A stretch of DNA of 62,383 nucleotides, the filler included. It is 3 parts of 3 records of this genome, joined end to end, with 100 filler letters (N's around TTAATTAATTAA, not from the genome) between each part and the next. Parts side by side here need not be neighbours in the genome. Positions count along the whole stretch, not along the records: positions 11,198 to 38,807 come from SRR31156797_16884; 2 more parts are not named here. One strand, written 5' to 3'. This document shows, one piece after another, positions 18,746 to 29,701 of this stretch. Each line of letters starts with the position of its first letter. Position 1 is the first letter of the stretch. The position numbers and the translations under genes are program-made. The notes beneath the pieces are model-generated. The model was not told where the DNA came from and did no database searches. It saw only the letters and a program-made list of their open reading frames with translations.

Positions 18746-20127
18746 TGGAGCATGTTGGCATAACATTATCCCAACTGAACACACAAATCCGGGAAGCTAT
18801 TGAGGATCGCTTCAATGAGGAACTATGGATCATAGCGGAAATAAGTGAATTGAATGTCAATTCGAAAGGTCATTGTTATGTGGATTTCATTGAGCGCGAT
18901 GAACTTTCAAAAAAGATTGTGGCCCGGCAAAGAGCTACTATATGGGCTTTCCAATTTCGATTGTTAAAAGGCTATTTTGAAACTACAACGGGACAGGAAT
19001 TGAGTCAGGGTATGAAAGTATTAGTAAAAGTTAGAGTTAACTTTCATGTACTGTATGGATTTTCGCTCAATGTGGTTGATATCGATCCGGCATATACATT
19101 AGGAGAGCAGGCGAAACATCGTGAAGAAATTATCCGGCAATTGGAGGAAGACGGAGTGTTTGAGATGAATAAAGGCTTGGATTTAGCCTCTATACCGCAG
19201 AATTTGGCCATTATTTCTTCTGAATCAGCTGCAGGTTTTGGAGACTTTGTAAATCATTTGGAATTAAATGAATACGGATATGCTGTAAATTGGGAGCTGT
19301 TTAACGCCACAATGCAGGGCGATCAAACTTCAAAATCAGTTGTGGAAGCATTAGCTAATATATTTGATCGAGAAGATGAATTTGATGCTATTTTAATAAT
19401 TCGCGGTGGTGGTGCAAAAGCTGAATTAACAGCGTTTGATGATTATGATATTGCGTTTATGGTTACGCAATCGCCCATACCTGTGCTCACAGGTATTGGA
19501 CATGATAGAGATGAGTCTATAACTGATATGGTCGCCTGGCATGCATATAAAACTCCAACTGCTGTGGCAGATTTTATTATTAATCAATTTGCAGACTTTG
19601 AGAGTATTCTGGATGATACAGCACGAAGTTTTTTTAAATATGTATCTCATTTTATAGATAATGAAAATGCCGTAATGAATGAGCTTTATTTAAAGATGAA
19701 GAGTGCTAGTCAATTGATGTTGAATGAAGCTGGATATAAACTAGAACGAAGTATTTCAAAAATGCAGAATGCTTCAATGATTTTTATAGGTCAAAAAAGA
19801 TACTATTTAGAGGAAACTTTAAAAAGTGGACAAACTGCTGCAACCCGCCTTCTATTGCAAAAGGAGATGAATCTCGAAAGTTATCAGTCAAAGGTTGATT
19901 ATTTAGTAAAGCGTCTTTTTATTGGGCAATATCATCAATTGGCGATTTTATCTGAAAAAGCACTACAGAATGATCCTCACAAACTTTTGAAAAGTGGTTA
20001 TGGTTATATTACTAAAAATGGTAAGCGAATAAAGACTGTTAAAGAATTACAAGAGGATGATCAAATCAAAATAGCTTTCCAGGATGGCTTTGCATCCGCA
20101 AAAATTGAGGATGTTAAAAGAAGCTAA
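18745..20127 (+). CDS. xseA: Exodeoxyribonuclease VII large subunit
   Basis: WIIAEISE..GHCY OB fold, IIRGGG, TGIGHDRD, TPTAVA. Confidence 0.95.
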   Translation: MEHVGITLSQLNTQIREAIEDRFNEELWIIAEISELNVNSKGHCYVDFIERDELSKKIVARQRATIWAFQFRLLKGYFETTTGQELSQGMKVLVKVRVNFHVLYGFSLNVVDIDPAYTLGEQAKHREEIIRQLEEDGVFEMNKGLDLASIPQNLAIISSESAAGFGDFVNHLELNEYGYAVNWELFNATMQGDQTSKSVVEALANIFDREDEFDAILIIRGGGAKAELTAFDDYDIAFMVTQSPIPVLTGIGHDRDESITDMVAWHAYKTPTAVADFIINQFADFESILDDTARSFFKYVSHFIDNENAVMNELYLKMKSASQLMLNEAGYKLERSISKMQNASMIFIGQKRYYLEETLKSGQTAATRLLLQKEMNLESYQSKVDYLVKRLFIGQYHQLAILSEKALQNDPHKLLKSGYGYITKNGKRIKTVKELQEDDQIKIAFQDGFASAKIEDVKRS

Positions 20128-20246
20128 TTGGAAATACCTTTCTTGGAATTGCAATTCCCCAAAAAAGACAATAATATTTTAATTCTAACTTTTACTTCAT
20201 TGAACGTTATGTTATTTTTCTTAATTTTAAGCAAAATTGCAGATAC

Positions 20247-22835
20247 ATGACAAAACGTTTTCTCGCCCTTGCTTTGTTCTTAGTTATTTCCCTCATAAGC
20301 TTTGGAAATCCTATTGATAGCCTAAAGAAAGTTATAAAACGCAGTAGCGATAATAGAAAATTTGAATTGTGGACACAAGTGGGATTGCATTATCGAGAGG
20401 CTGGAAATTACGATAGTGCAAGGCTGTCTTTTGCTGAAGCTTTAAGGTACATGCAAAATGATAAACAAAAAGGTGACTATTGGCATAACCAAGGAAGTTT
20501 ACATTGGCGTTTTGGAAAATTTAATGAAGCTGTAAATTATTATGATAGTGCGTTGAATGTAAGATATAGGTTGACTGATACCGCAGGAATTATAAAGTCA
20601 CAATACTACCTCTCTTTGGTTTATAGAGACTTATCTGAGTATGATAAAGCACTAAATCTGACACGACAATTAATACTCCTGAATGAACAAATGCGTGATT
20701 CAAGTGGAATGGCCGATATGTATAATCAATTAGGAGGAGTTTACATTCGTTTAAATCAATATGACAGTGCTACCTATTGGTACGAAAAGGCGAATGAGAT
20801 TCGATTTGCAATGAATGATTCGGTTAAAATAGCAGATAGCTATTCTAATATGGGGAAAATTGCGCGGGAACAGAGCTCTTTTGATGATGCTGTGAATTAT
20901 TACAAAAAAGCATTGAAAATTTATGAGGTGTTAAATATGAAGCAAAAAGAAGCCTATACGCACTTACTTCTAGGTGGAACTTATTGGGCTTCAAAGCAAT
21001 ATCAAAAAGCACTGCAGCAATATCTAATTACACAGCGCAGATATGAAGCAATGAATAATAAAACTCAGGTTGCCTCCGTATTGAAAAATATTGGCCTGAT
21101 TTATCGTGATATCGGAAATATTGATAAAGCAGTAGAGTATCATCAGCAGTCGCTTGAATTATATCGACAAACTGATAATATGCTAATGGTAGGTATTGCC
21201 ATTAATATCTTGGCGGGTGATTATTGGTCAGTTGGCAATTTTAATCAGGCACTTGATACATACTTAAAAGCCTTGGAGGTAAGAAAAAAGCTTGGAAATA
21301 AAACACATATCGCAGGAAGCTATAATAATGTAGCTTTGGCCTATAAAAGTTTAGATAAAACAGACTCTGCCCTTGTTAATTATTATAGAAGTTTAAACTT
21401 ATATATTGATCTGAAAGACAGGCAAAATGAAGCAGCCATATATAACAATATAGGGAACCTTTATAAGAAAAATAAACAATGGGATTCTGCCTATTACTAT
21501 TTACAAAAGGCTTTGGCATTAAGAAAAGAGATTAATCACGCTCAAGGGATAGGGTACAGTTCATTTAATATAGCTCAGGTACTCATAGAGAAAAATCAGG
21601 TGCAGCAAGCAAGAATTTATCTTTTGGAAGCTGAAAAAGTAGCTCGAGAGTTAAATGATAATTACCTGATAAAAGAAAGTTGTTTAATTCTGTCAGAAAT
21701 TTATGACAATGCAGGTCTTCATAAGAAATCACTATACTATTACCGTGAATTTCATGATGCTGAGCGTAGAATGCAATTAGATGAGTCTATTCGAAGAGTT
21801 GCGGATATGCAAATTCGATTCGAAGCGGAGAAAAGACAACGCATTGTAGAAAAGAAAGATGCCGAATTGCAACAACAAAAAATGCGAATCTATTTTTTAT
21901 CAGGAGGAGTAATTCTATTGATAATCCTTATTATTTTGGCAATTGCTGCATTCCTGCAAAAACGAAAATCAAACAGATTATTGGCATTACGTAATAAAGA
22001 AATTGAAGAGCAAAAGGCTGAGATAGAAGCACAACGTGATCTTGCCACTGAACAACGTGATATGATTTCAGAGCAAAAAACTAAGATTACAGATAGTATT
22101 CTTTATGCCAGCAGAATACAAAACGCATTATTACCTCCTGAAAGTCAGATGGATAACCTATTGAAACAGCATTTTATTCTATTTAAACCTCGTGATGTAG
22201 TAAGCGGCGACTTTTACTATTTCAAAAAATATAAACAGTATACCGTAATTGTAGCTGCAGATTGCACTGGTCATGGGGTTCCTGGTGCATTTATGAGTAT
22301 GTTGGGTATTTCTATGTTAAATGAGATTATGGCTATGGAAAATCTTCAGAATGCAGGACAAATGCTTGATGTGTTGCGAAATAAAGTTAAACAAAACCTT
22401 CATCAAACATCAGTTAGTGAGTCAAATACTGATGGGATGGATTTAACGATGATTTTACTTGATCGCAATGAGCTTAAATTACATTTTGCAGGTGCAAATA
22501 ATCCACTTTTTATATTAAGAAATGGTGAAATGATTATCCACAATGGCGATAGAATGCCAATTGGTGTGCACATGTATGATGAAGATGATTTTACAAATCA
22601 TGAAATCCAAATAGAAAAGGGTGATAAATTATATATGTTCTCCGATGGCTACATGGATCAGTTTGGAGGCAAAAAAGGACGCAAATTAATGTCTAAGAAC
22701 TTTAAAAATTTATTACTTGAGACTTCAAAGTTTGAGTTAAAAGAACAACGGGAAAAGTTGAATGAGTTTCTTGAAAAATGGAGTGGCGAATATAGACAAA
22801 TTGATGACATTCTTGTTATTGGTTTAGAGATTTGA
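20247..22835 (+). CDS. Periplasmic TPR sensor with cytoplasmic SpoIIE/PP2C (RsbU-like) phosphatase
   Basis: Signal peptide, many TPRs, TM, coiled coil, VSGDFY, ADCTGHGVPGA, DGMD, FSDG, DDIL. Confidence 0.92.
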   Translation: MTKRFLALALFLVISLISFGNPIDSLKKVIKRSSDNRKFELWTQVGLHYREAGNYDSARLSFAEALRYMQNDKQKGDYWHNQGSLHWRFGKFNEAVNYYDSALNVRYRLTDTAGIIKSQYYLSLVYRDLSEYDKALNLTRQLILLNEQMRDSSGMADMYNQLGGVYIRLNQYDSATYWYEKANEIRFAMNDSVKIADSYSNMGKIAREQSSFDDAVNYYKKALKIYEVLNMKQKEAYTHLLLGGTYWASKQYQKALQQYLITQRRYEAMNNKTQVASVLKNIGLIYRDIGNIDKAVEYHQQSLELYRQTDNMLMVGIAINILAGDYWSVGNFNQALDTYLKALEVRKKLGNKTHIAGSYNNVALAYKSLDKTDSALVNYYRSLNLYIDLKDRQNEAAIYNNIGNLYKKNKQWDSAYYYLQKALALRKEINHAQGIGYSSFNIAQVLIEKNQVQQARIYLLEAEKVARELNDNYLIKESCLILSEIYDNAGLHKKSLYYYREFHDAERRMQLDESIRRVADMQIRFEAEKRQRIVEKKDAELQQQKMRIYFLSGGVILLIILIILAIAAFLQKRKSNRLLALRNKEIEEQKAEIEAQRDLATEQRDMISEQKTKITDSILYASRIQNALLPPESQMDNLLKQHFILFKPRDVVSGDFYYFKKYKQYTVIVAADCTGHGVPGAFMSMLGISMLNEIMAMENLQNAGQMLDVLRNKVKQNLHQTSVSESNTDGMDLTMILLDRNELKLHFAGANNPLFILRNGEMIIHNGDRMPIGVHMYDEDDFTNHEIQIEKGDKLYMFSDGYMDQFGGKKGRKLMSKNFKNLLLETSKFELKEQREKLNEFLEKWSGEYRQIDDILVIGLEI

Positions 22836-22923
22836 TAATCACGTTTTTTTGTTGTAATTTGTTGCAAATATCCTTTATAAGCAATGGATAACGTTTTGAT
22901 TTAATCAAAATGGAGGTTTAATT

Positions 22924-23679
22924 ATGAGACACAAATTAAATATACTGATAATAGATGATGATAGGGTCAGCCAAATATATTTGGGTGAACTTATTGATTT
23001 GATAATTGAAAATGTTCATGTTGTTAAAGCTGATGGGGGTGAGAAAGCAATAGAATTGCTCAAAAAGCAATCTTTTCATTTCATTTTCTCTGATATATTA
23101 ATGCCTGGTTTATCAGAAGAAAAGCTCTTTTGTGAATTAAAGGATGCTGTAAGACAAAGCCCCACAACAAAAATTATAGCTGTTTCCGGTATCGAAGATA
23201 TTGAAGAGATAAAAAAATTAGCACCAGGGGCTTCAATGGTACTTAAAAAACCAATTGATAGAGATGTGCTTAAAGAAATACTGCTTGAAGAAGGTGTAAA
23301 AGTCAAAGACGTTGATTCCGAAGACAGCGAAACCATTGTAATGGACCTTAATCTTCTTGTTAAATTGTATCAAAATAAACCGGATAAATTACTTAATCTT
23401 TTAAATCTTTACCGAAATACACTACCTAAACAATTTAATGCATTAAGAAATGCATATGACGAGGAGAATTCTGAGTTGGTAAAAACCAATGCACATTCCT
23501 TAAAAAATTCTTTTGCTTATCTGGGGGCTGCTTCACTAAGGGCCAAAGCATTATATATTGAAGAAAATGCCATAAATAAAAACAATCCGGATAGATTAAA
23601 AGTAAATGTAGATGATATACTCTCTTCAGAATCAATGGTAATAAATAAAATTGAAGAATTAATTCGCTCCTATGAATAA
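22924..23679 (+). CDS. Receiver-HPt fusion protein
   Basis: N-terminal receiver (ILIIDDD, FSDILMP, KKP) and C-terminal AHSLKNSFAYLGA HPt motif. Confidence 0.8.
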   Translation: MRHKLNILIIDDDRVSQIYLGELIDLIIENVHVVKADGGEKAIELLKKQSFHFIFSDILMPGLSEEKLFCELKDAVRQSPTTKIIAVSGIEDIEEIKKLAPGASMVLKKPIDRDVLKEILLEEGVKVKDVDSEDSETIVMDLNLLVKLYQNKPDKLLNLLNLYRNTLPKQFNALRNAYDEENSELVKTNAHSLKNSFAYLGAASLRAKALYIEENAINKNNPDRLKVNVDDILSSESMVINKIEELIRSYE

Positions 23680-26362
23680 ACGTTTTTTATTGATTGTGCT
23701 TTTTGTTTTATTTTACAATGTGGGAGCTATATCTCAGACTGATACTACGATTTATAAGCAAAAGGTTGATTATTATCTTTCATTTCTTAATGAGCATGCC
23801 AATAAACCTGATACATCCCTAAAAGTTGCAAATTATGGATTAAAACTTGCTCGCTCAGCAACTGATACTATATCTGTTATAGAGTTTAATTTATATATAG
23901 GGGATGCTTATAAAAATCTAAATCTTTTTGATAGTGCTATTCAAGCTTATGAAAGAGCAAATGATTTCTGTAGTCCATATCTTAGGCAAAAGTATTATGC
24001 ATCCACTAACAAAAAAATGGGAGCGTTGTACTGGAAGTTTAATCAGTTTAAGAATGCTTCAAGAAAATTTCAAAATGCGTTGAAAGCATATCAGCAAATG
24101 GGCATTGCAATTGAAGTAGGAAAAACATTTAATAATCTCGGGACTATTTGCAAGGAAGTTGCCCAGCTTGATTCTGCCTTATATTATCATCAAAAGGCAC
24201 TGGTAATTTTTAGAGAAATAAAAGATCAAAAATGGATATCCAATACATTTAATCTAATTGGAAATGTGCATTTAATTTTAAATAATGCAGCATTAGCGCG
24301 AAGTTATTATGAAAAGTCTCTGAATATCAGATTGGAATTAAAAGATACTGCTGAAGCCTCCAAATCCATAACCAATATTGCAAGGTCATATAAAAAGCAA
24401 CAGAAGTATGAAAAAGGGATTGCTGAATTTCAGAAAGCACTTGAGTTAAGGCAACAAATAAATGATTTGTCGTTAATTGCTTCATCGTTAAATGATTTAG
24501 GAGGGATTTATAGACAAATGAGTAATTATGCTAAAAGTATTGAGTACTTTCAAAAAGCATTGGTTATTCGAAGAGAGATTGGAGATCAATTTGTTATTGC
24601 AGCATCATTGCTTAATGTGGGCAGTATATATAAAGAACTCGATTTACATGAAACAGCTTTAGAATATCATGTGGAAGCTTTAAAAATATATCAAGCGCTT
24701 GGTGATGATATTAGAACAAGTAATTGCCTCAATTATATCGGAGGCGTATATTATAAGCAAGGTGAATTTGATCATGCTTTAGATTATTTTTTAAGTGCAT
24801 TGGGCTATCGTGAGGTAGTTGGGGATAAATTAAAAATTGCCGGCATAATGAACAATGTGGCTATGATTTACAAAAACATGGGAAACTATGAGAAATCATT
24901 GGAGTATTATACCCAGGCCATGAAGTATTATGATGAGATCGGAAATCGAAAATTGTTTGCTGCAACGCAAAATCATATAGGAAACTTGTATAAAGTTCAA
25001 AAAAAATATACGAAAGCAATAGAGTGGTTCAAAAAAGCATACAACGTTAGGAGAGATATCAACGATTCTCATGGTATAGCTCAAACAGCTCTTGATCTGG
25101 GGTTGGTTTTTATGGAGCAAAGAAATAAGTCTGCGGCTTTGGCATTTTATAATAAATCAATTGATATAGCTAAAACTTTAAATGATTTTCAATTGCTTCG
25201 GAATGTATATCATGCTTTATATGAGGTTAATAAAAAGATGAATCGTCAATCATCAGCATTACGGTTTCATGAGAAGTATACAGCCTGGAAAGACTCTGTT
25301 TTTAATCAAAATACGCTAGAGCAAATTACATTAGTGCAGATGCAAAATGAGGCCGAGCGAACAAGAATGAAACTCGCCTATGAGAATGATAGAAAAGAGA
25401 AAGAAATTGAGCAGTTAAAAAGTAAAAAATTAGAACAAGAAAAGTATTTTAATCTCAAAGTAAAATCTGAACGCGATGCCAGAAATTTCATTATTGCAGT
25501 AGCTGTTGGTTTGTTGCTGGTTATTGTGTTGCTAATAAATAGGTTTGTAATTAAATCAAAAGCAAACAAAAAGCTTAGAAAAGCTAATGATGAATTATCA
25601 GAATTAAACTCAAAATTGAATAAATCTGAGAAAGAATTGAAACTGCTTAATGTAACCAAAGATAAATTCTTCTCAATAATTGCCCATGATTTAAGAAATC
25701 CATTTACAGCGCTGGTTTCTCTTTCCGAAATTTTATCCAATAAGATGGATACGATGTCAATTGAAAGAAGAAAAGAAATTGTAGATCAAATAACTTATGC
25801 TGCTACAAATACTTATAGGCTGTTGGATAATTTGCTTGAATGGAGTAGGTCACAACAGGAAGGAATTAAGTTTGTCCCAGAAGTAATACCTCTAAATTCA
25901 CTTACGGAGGAGATTGTATCATTGCAAATGAATATGGTTACTCAAAAGGATCTGAAAGTATCTGTTGAGATAGAACCAAATCTTGATGTTGAGACAGACA
26001 AACATATGCTTTCATTTGTGATCAGAAATTTACTGGGGAATGCTATTAAATTTACACCAAAAGGAGGTAATATTTCATTGATTGCCAAAAGTGGTAAAAG
26101 TGGAATTATTTACTCAGTAACAGATACAGGTGTGGGTATGTCACGAAATGTAGTTGAAAACCTTTTTAATCTAAATCATCACCATACAACCGAGGGAACA
26201 AATAAAGAGAAAGGTATTGGGCTAGGATTAATATTGTCCAAAGAATTTATAGATAAAATGGATGGAATGATACGCGTTGAAAGTGTACCTGGGAATGGAA
26301 GTACTTTTGCATTTCAAATCCCGAAACGGCCTAAATCTGTAATAAGTAAACAAAAGAAATAG
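23672..26362 (+). CDS. Periplasmic TPR sensor histidine kinase
   Basis: Signal peptide, TPR array, TM, H-box IIAHDLRNPF, N-box NLLGNAIKF, G boxes DTGVG and GIGLGL. Confidence 0.93.
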   Translation: MNKRFLLIVLFVLFYNVGAISQTDTTIYKQKVDYYLSFLNEHANKPDTSLKVANYGLKLARSATDTISVIEFNLYIGDAYKNLNLFDSAIQAYERANDFCSPYLRQKYYASTNKKMGALYWKFNQFKNASRKFQNALKAYQQMGIAIEVGKTFNNLGTICKEVAQLDSALYYHQKALVIFREIKDQKWISNTFNLIGNVHLILNNAALARSYYEKSLNIRLELKDTAEASKSITNIARSYKKQQKYEKGIAEFQKALELRQQINDLSLIASSLNDLGGIYRQMSNYAKSIEYFQKALVIRREIGDQFVIAASLLNVGSIYKELDLHETALEYHVEALKIYQALGDDIRTSNCLNYIGGVYYKQGEFDHALDYFLSALGYREVVGDKLKIAGIMNNVAMIYKNMGNYEKSLEYYTQAMKYYDEIGNRKLFAATQNHIGNLYKVQKKYTKAIEWFKKAYNVRRDINDSHGIAQTALDLGLVFMEQRNKSAALAFYNKSIDIAKTLNDFQLLRNVYHALYEVNKKMNRQSSALRFHEKYTAWKDSVFNQNTLEQITLVQMQNEAERTRMKLAYENDRKEKEIEQLKSKKLEQEKYFNLKVKSERDARNFIIAVAVGLLLVIVLLINRFVIKSKANKKLRKANDELSELNSKLNKSEKELKLLNVTKDKFFSIIAHDLRNPFTALVSLSEILSNKMDTMSIERRKEIVDQITYAATNTYRLLDNLLEWSRSQQEGIKFVPEVIPLNSLTEEIVSLQMNMVTQKDLKVSVEIEPNLDVETDKHMLSFVIRNLLGNAIKFTPKGGNISLIAKSGKSGIIYSVTDTGVGMSRNVVENLFNLNHHHTTEGTNKEKGIGLGLILSKEFIDKMDGMIRVESVPGNGSTFAFQIPKRPKSVISKQKK

Positions 26363-26524
26363 GAATCAGGGTCTACTGTCATAATTTAACATTTCTACTC
26401 ATTCATATCTGAGAATTTTTTAGTAATTTTCACATGTTTATAGATGTTAAATATTCTGCAAGGGTTCTAATGCATTATATTTTAGAATACAATATGCATT
26501 TAGGCACCTAAAAAACGCATAGGG

Positions 26525-27724
26525 ATGAAAAAGATACTTTTAATCGTAATTTTTATTAATACAATTTTAAATTCATTTGCTTTTAATGTTGATATTTCTG
26601 CTGAGGAAAGGGTGGATAGTCTGCTGAGACAAGCACGTGAAATGATAGAGACCGATCCGGATAATGCATTGCTAATTCTGGACGAAGCTTTATCGTTAGC
26701 AGTGGATGGAGATTTCTTAAAGGCACAAGCCAATGCACTAAACTATAAAGGTTTGATTTTTTACGAGAAAAGAGATTTTCCTACTGCAATCAAACATTTT
26801 CAAGAAGCATTAAAAGTATTATTTAGGATTGGTGACAAAGAAAAAGTGGCCAATATGATGAAAAAGATAGGCTTAGCTTACCTTAATCAGCAAAAATATT
26901 CCAAAACAATTGAGTATTATAATTTCGCATTAAAGATTTTTGAACAGCTTGAACATGTTGGTCGAGAGGCATCTACACGTGTTGAAGTTGGCGTGATATA
27001 TCGTATTTCTGGCAGATATAATGACGCAGTTGAAGAATTTAATGCTGCAATCGAATTATTCAATAAACTTGATAATAAAGGTGGTCAGGCTGAGGCAATG
27101 CATCATTTGGCCAAAACATACCATGATATGGGCCATTTGAAACAAGCTGATAATTTGTTTCAAGAGACTTTAGATTTATACAATACTTATCTAGACTATA
27201 GTGGATTAAATACTGTCCTGAATAATTATGGTAGTTTGCTAATTGATTTGGAGAAATACCAAAAGGCTGAGGAAATATTAACTAAGGCTTTGGAGCGGTC
27301 AAATCAAGATAAGTCTATTATCTATGCTAAGGTGGCTGCTAATTATGGCACAGTCCAAGTATTTCTGGAAAAATATGAAGATGCTGAGAATTACTTAATG
27401 CAAGCTCTTGAAATAGCTCAAAAAGAAGAGGATACAGATTTAATGGCTCAGGTATATCGAATGCTTTATGAGTTAAACTTCAGAAATAACGATACCAAAA
27501 AAGCCTTGGTATTCTATCAAAAATATATTGCAGCTAAAGACACCACTGCAACATCCACATTATCAGAATTACAAGCCGGTGATTCCGGAGCCAATTTAAG
27601 TAATTTATTGATCTTCTTTACGGTGTTTGGAGCTATTGTAATTGTCGTTCTGGTTATATGGCTTTTGGCAGTTATTCGCCAGCGCGACAAAGCACTGGAA
27701 GAGCTTAAGAAGTTGAAAGAATAA
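26525..27724 (+). CDS. Membrane-anchored TPR protein with no cytoplasmic output domain
   Basis: Signal peptide, TPR array, C-terminal TM, about 15-aa charged tail. Confidence 0.85.
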   Translation: MKKILLIVIFINTILNSFAFNVDISAEERVDSLLRQAREMIETDPDNALLILDEALSLAVDGDFLKAQANALNYKGLIFYEKRDFPTAIKHFQEALKVLFRIGDKEKVANMMKKIGLAYLNQQKYSKTIEYYNFALKIFEQLEHVGREASTRVEVGVIYRISGRYNDAVEEFNAAIELFNKLDNKGGQAEAMHHLAKTYHDMGHLKQADNLFQETLDLYNTYLDYSGLNTVLNNYGSLLIDLEKYQKAEEILTKALERSNQDKSIIYAKVAANYGTVQVFLEKYEDAENYLMQALEIAQKEEDTDLMAQVYRMLYELNFRNNDTKKALVFYQKYIAAKDTTATSTLSELQAGDSGANLSNLLIFFTVFGAIVIVVLVIWLLAVIRQRDKALEELKKLKE

Positions 27725-27730
27725 TAAAAT

Positions 27731-28498
27731 TTACGGATACCAGTTATTTGATTCGTCAGTATATGTATTATATGCCGGGATTAACTCCTGTTTGAATTTA
27801 AAAAACAATTGTCCTGGTGCTGTATTTAAAATTATATTGAACAAGTTGAGCGTTTTATTTTTGGGAAAATATAGATATCCTCTTATGCTTTCTCCTTTGT
27901 ATAGTGTTGTTTTACGTAGTAATTCAGTGGCATAAAATGCCCGTTCTCTTTGTAATTGGTTACCTTCATGGTATCTTCTATCAATATTAGATTCAGTGGT
28001 TTGTCTTAAGTCTTCTCTGGTTTCTTTACGTGCAGCATTTTGTTCTGGTGTATCTTTTTTGGACATTGACATAGCTACATCTGCAGTGAGAGCTGTTGTG
28101 TTTACAATAAGACTGGTAAACTCCGCATTGGTTTGGGCTGCTTTATTTCTTGAAATCTTTTTATCAAGGCTTAGTAATAACGTTTCAGGATCAACTGCCC
28201 GTGTAGCATAATGATATAATCCACTATCAACTACAGGCTTAATGGAGAAATCGGTAGGAGAGATAGTGATTTTGGAATCGCTATTGTTAAGAATCTCTAC
28301 ATCAAAAACTAAATATCTTTTATCAGTTCTATCATATTTAATAGCGACTGTTAAACCCTTTAATTCTTTAGTTACAACCTGTTTACCCCATAACCAGTCA
28401 GTATTAGCTTCATGAGGAGTAATTTTTATAATATCCTGCGGAACAGCACAAGAAAAGAAAACAATAATTGATAAATAGGGTATTAATTTTTTAATCAT
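27731..28498 (-). CDS. Lipoprotein of unknown function
   Basis: Lipobox FFSC; 255-aa ORF convergent on the TPR gene. Confidence 0.75.
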   Translation of the reverse strand: MIKKLIPYLSIIVFFSCAVPQDIIKITPHEANTDWLWGKQVVTKELKGLTVAIKYDRTDKRYLVFDVEILNNSDSKITISPTDFSIKPVVDSGLYHYATRAVDPETLLLSLDKKISRNKAAQTNAEFTSLIVNTTALTADVAMSMSKKDTPEQNAARKETREDLRQTTESNIDRRYHEGNQLQRERAFYATELLRKTTLYKGESIRGYLYFPKNKTLNLFNIILNTAPGQLFFKFKQELIPAYNTYTDESNNWYP

Positions 28499-28572
28499 AG
28501 CTTATAATTATAAATTGCAGTATTAGGTTAACTTTTTTTTAAACGTCACAAACACGAATTAATTATTTTCAT

Positions 28573-29694
28573 ATGGATCTTGCAAACTTAAAAAATATTA
28601 GAGAATATCTACATAAGCACCCTGAATTGTCACATAATGAGGTTAAAACATCTAAATATCTACAGAAAAAAATTGAAGAAACACAACCTTTTTTTGTACG
28701 TAAGCAACTGAATGGATATGGCTTTTGGGCACGCTTAGGGAATGAAGGCAAAAGTATAGCTCTCCGAACCGATATAGATGCATTGCCTATTCAGGAGATT
28801 AATACATTTGATCATAAAAGCATATATGAGGGGGTGGCTCATAAATGCGGTCATGACGGTCATGCCACTTCAATGTTAGGTTTTGCTCATAGTATTTATA
28901 AAAATGTTGAGAATCCTATTGATTTGGTATTCCAGGCTGCCGAAGAAACCGGTAAAGGAGCTGAAGCATGGCTCAAGGATTCAGAAATGAAGGATTTTGC
29001 TCCTGAGAAAGTATTCGCCTATCATAATTTACCCGGGTTCCCATTGAATAGTATTATTGTTCGGAATGGTGTTTTTTCAGCTGCATCAGTGGGAATAATT
29101 ATAAAATTAAACGGTAAAACATCGCACGCTGGTCATCCTGAACGCGGAATTAGTCCTGCATTTGCACTAGCCGAAATAATAAAATATATTGAAGAACTGC
29201 CGCAAATTGAAAAATTTAAAGAATTTACATTAACTACTGTTATACATGCTTTACTTGGCGAAATAGCCTTTGGTACAGCTCCGGGTTATGCAGAGATCAG
29301 GGCAACATTGCGGTCATTTGATAATGATGATTTGAAAAGACTACAGAATCTGTGCGAAGAGTTTGCGAATAAAACCGCTCAAAAATATGGATTGAAGACG
29401 GAGATTACTTATACCGAATATTTTCCTGCCACAGAGAATAATTTTCAATGTGTTGATATAATAAGAAAGGCTGCGCAGAACCTTAATCTGCAAGTAATAG
29501 AAACTAATGAATCATTCCGTTGGTCCGAAGATTTTGCACATTTTACATTGAAATTTGAAGGTGCACTATTTGGCATTGGCGCTGGTGAGGATCATCCACA
29601 GTTACACAATCCGGATTATGATTTTCCTGACGAAATATTACCAACTGCAATCAATATGTTCACTGAAATATACAAAGTTTGCAATAATATGTAA
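28573..29694 (+). CDS. M20D family amidohydrolase
   Basis: HKHPELS, RTDIDALP, HKCGHDGH, QAAEE, SEDF, LHNPDYDF. Confidence 0.92.
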   Translation: MDLANLKNIREYLHKHPELSHNEVKTSKYLQKKIEETQPFFVRKQLNGYGFWARLGNEGKSIALRTDIDALPIQEINTFDHKSIYEGVAHKCGHDGHATSMLGFAHSIYKNVENPIDLVFQAAEETGKGAEAWLKDSEMKDFAPEKVFAYHNLPGFPLNSIIVRNGVFSAASVGIIIKLNGKTSHAGHPERGISPAFALAEIIKYIEELPQIEKFKEFTLTTVIHALLGEIAFGTAPGYAEIRATLRSFDNDDLKRLQNLCEEFANKTAQKYGLKTEITYTEYFPATENNFQCVDIIRKAAQNLNLQVIETNESFRWSEDFAHFTLKFEGALFGIGAGEDHPQLHNPDYDFPDEILPTAINMFTEIYKVCNNM

Positions 29695-29701
29695 TCTGCA
29701 A

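Noticed and set aside
26468-26500. Imperfect AT-rich inverted repeat before the TPR-TM gene
   Set aside because: Weak pairing in very AT-rich DNA with no second copy or U-tail.
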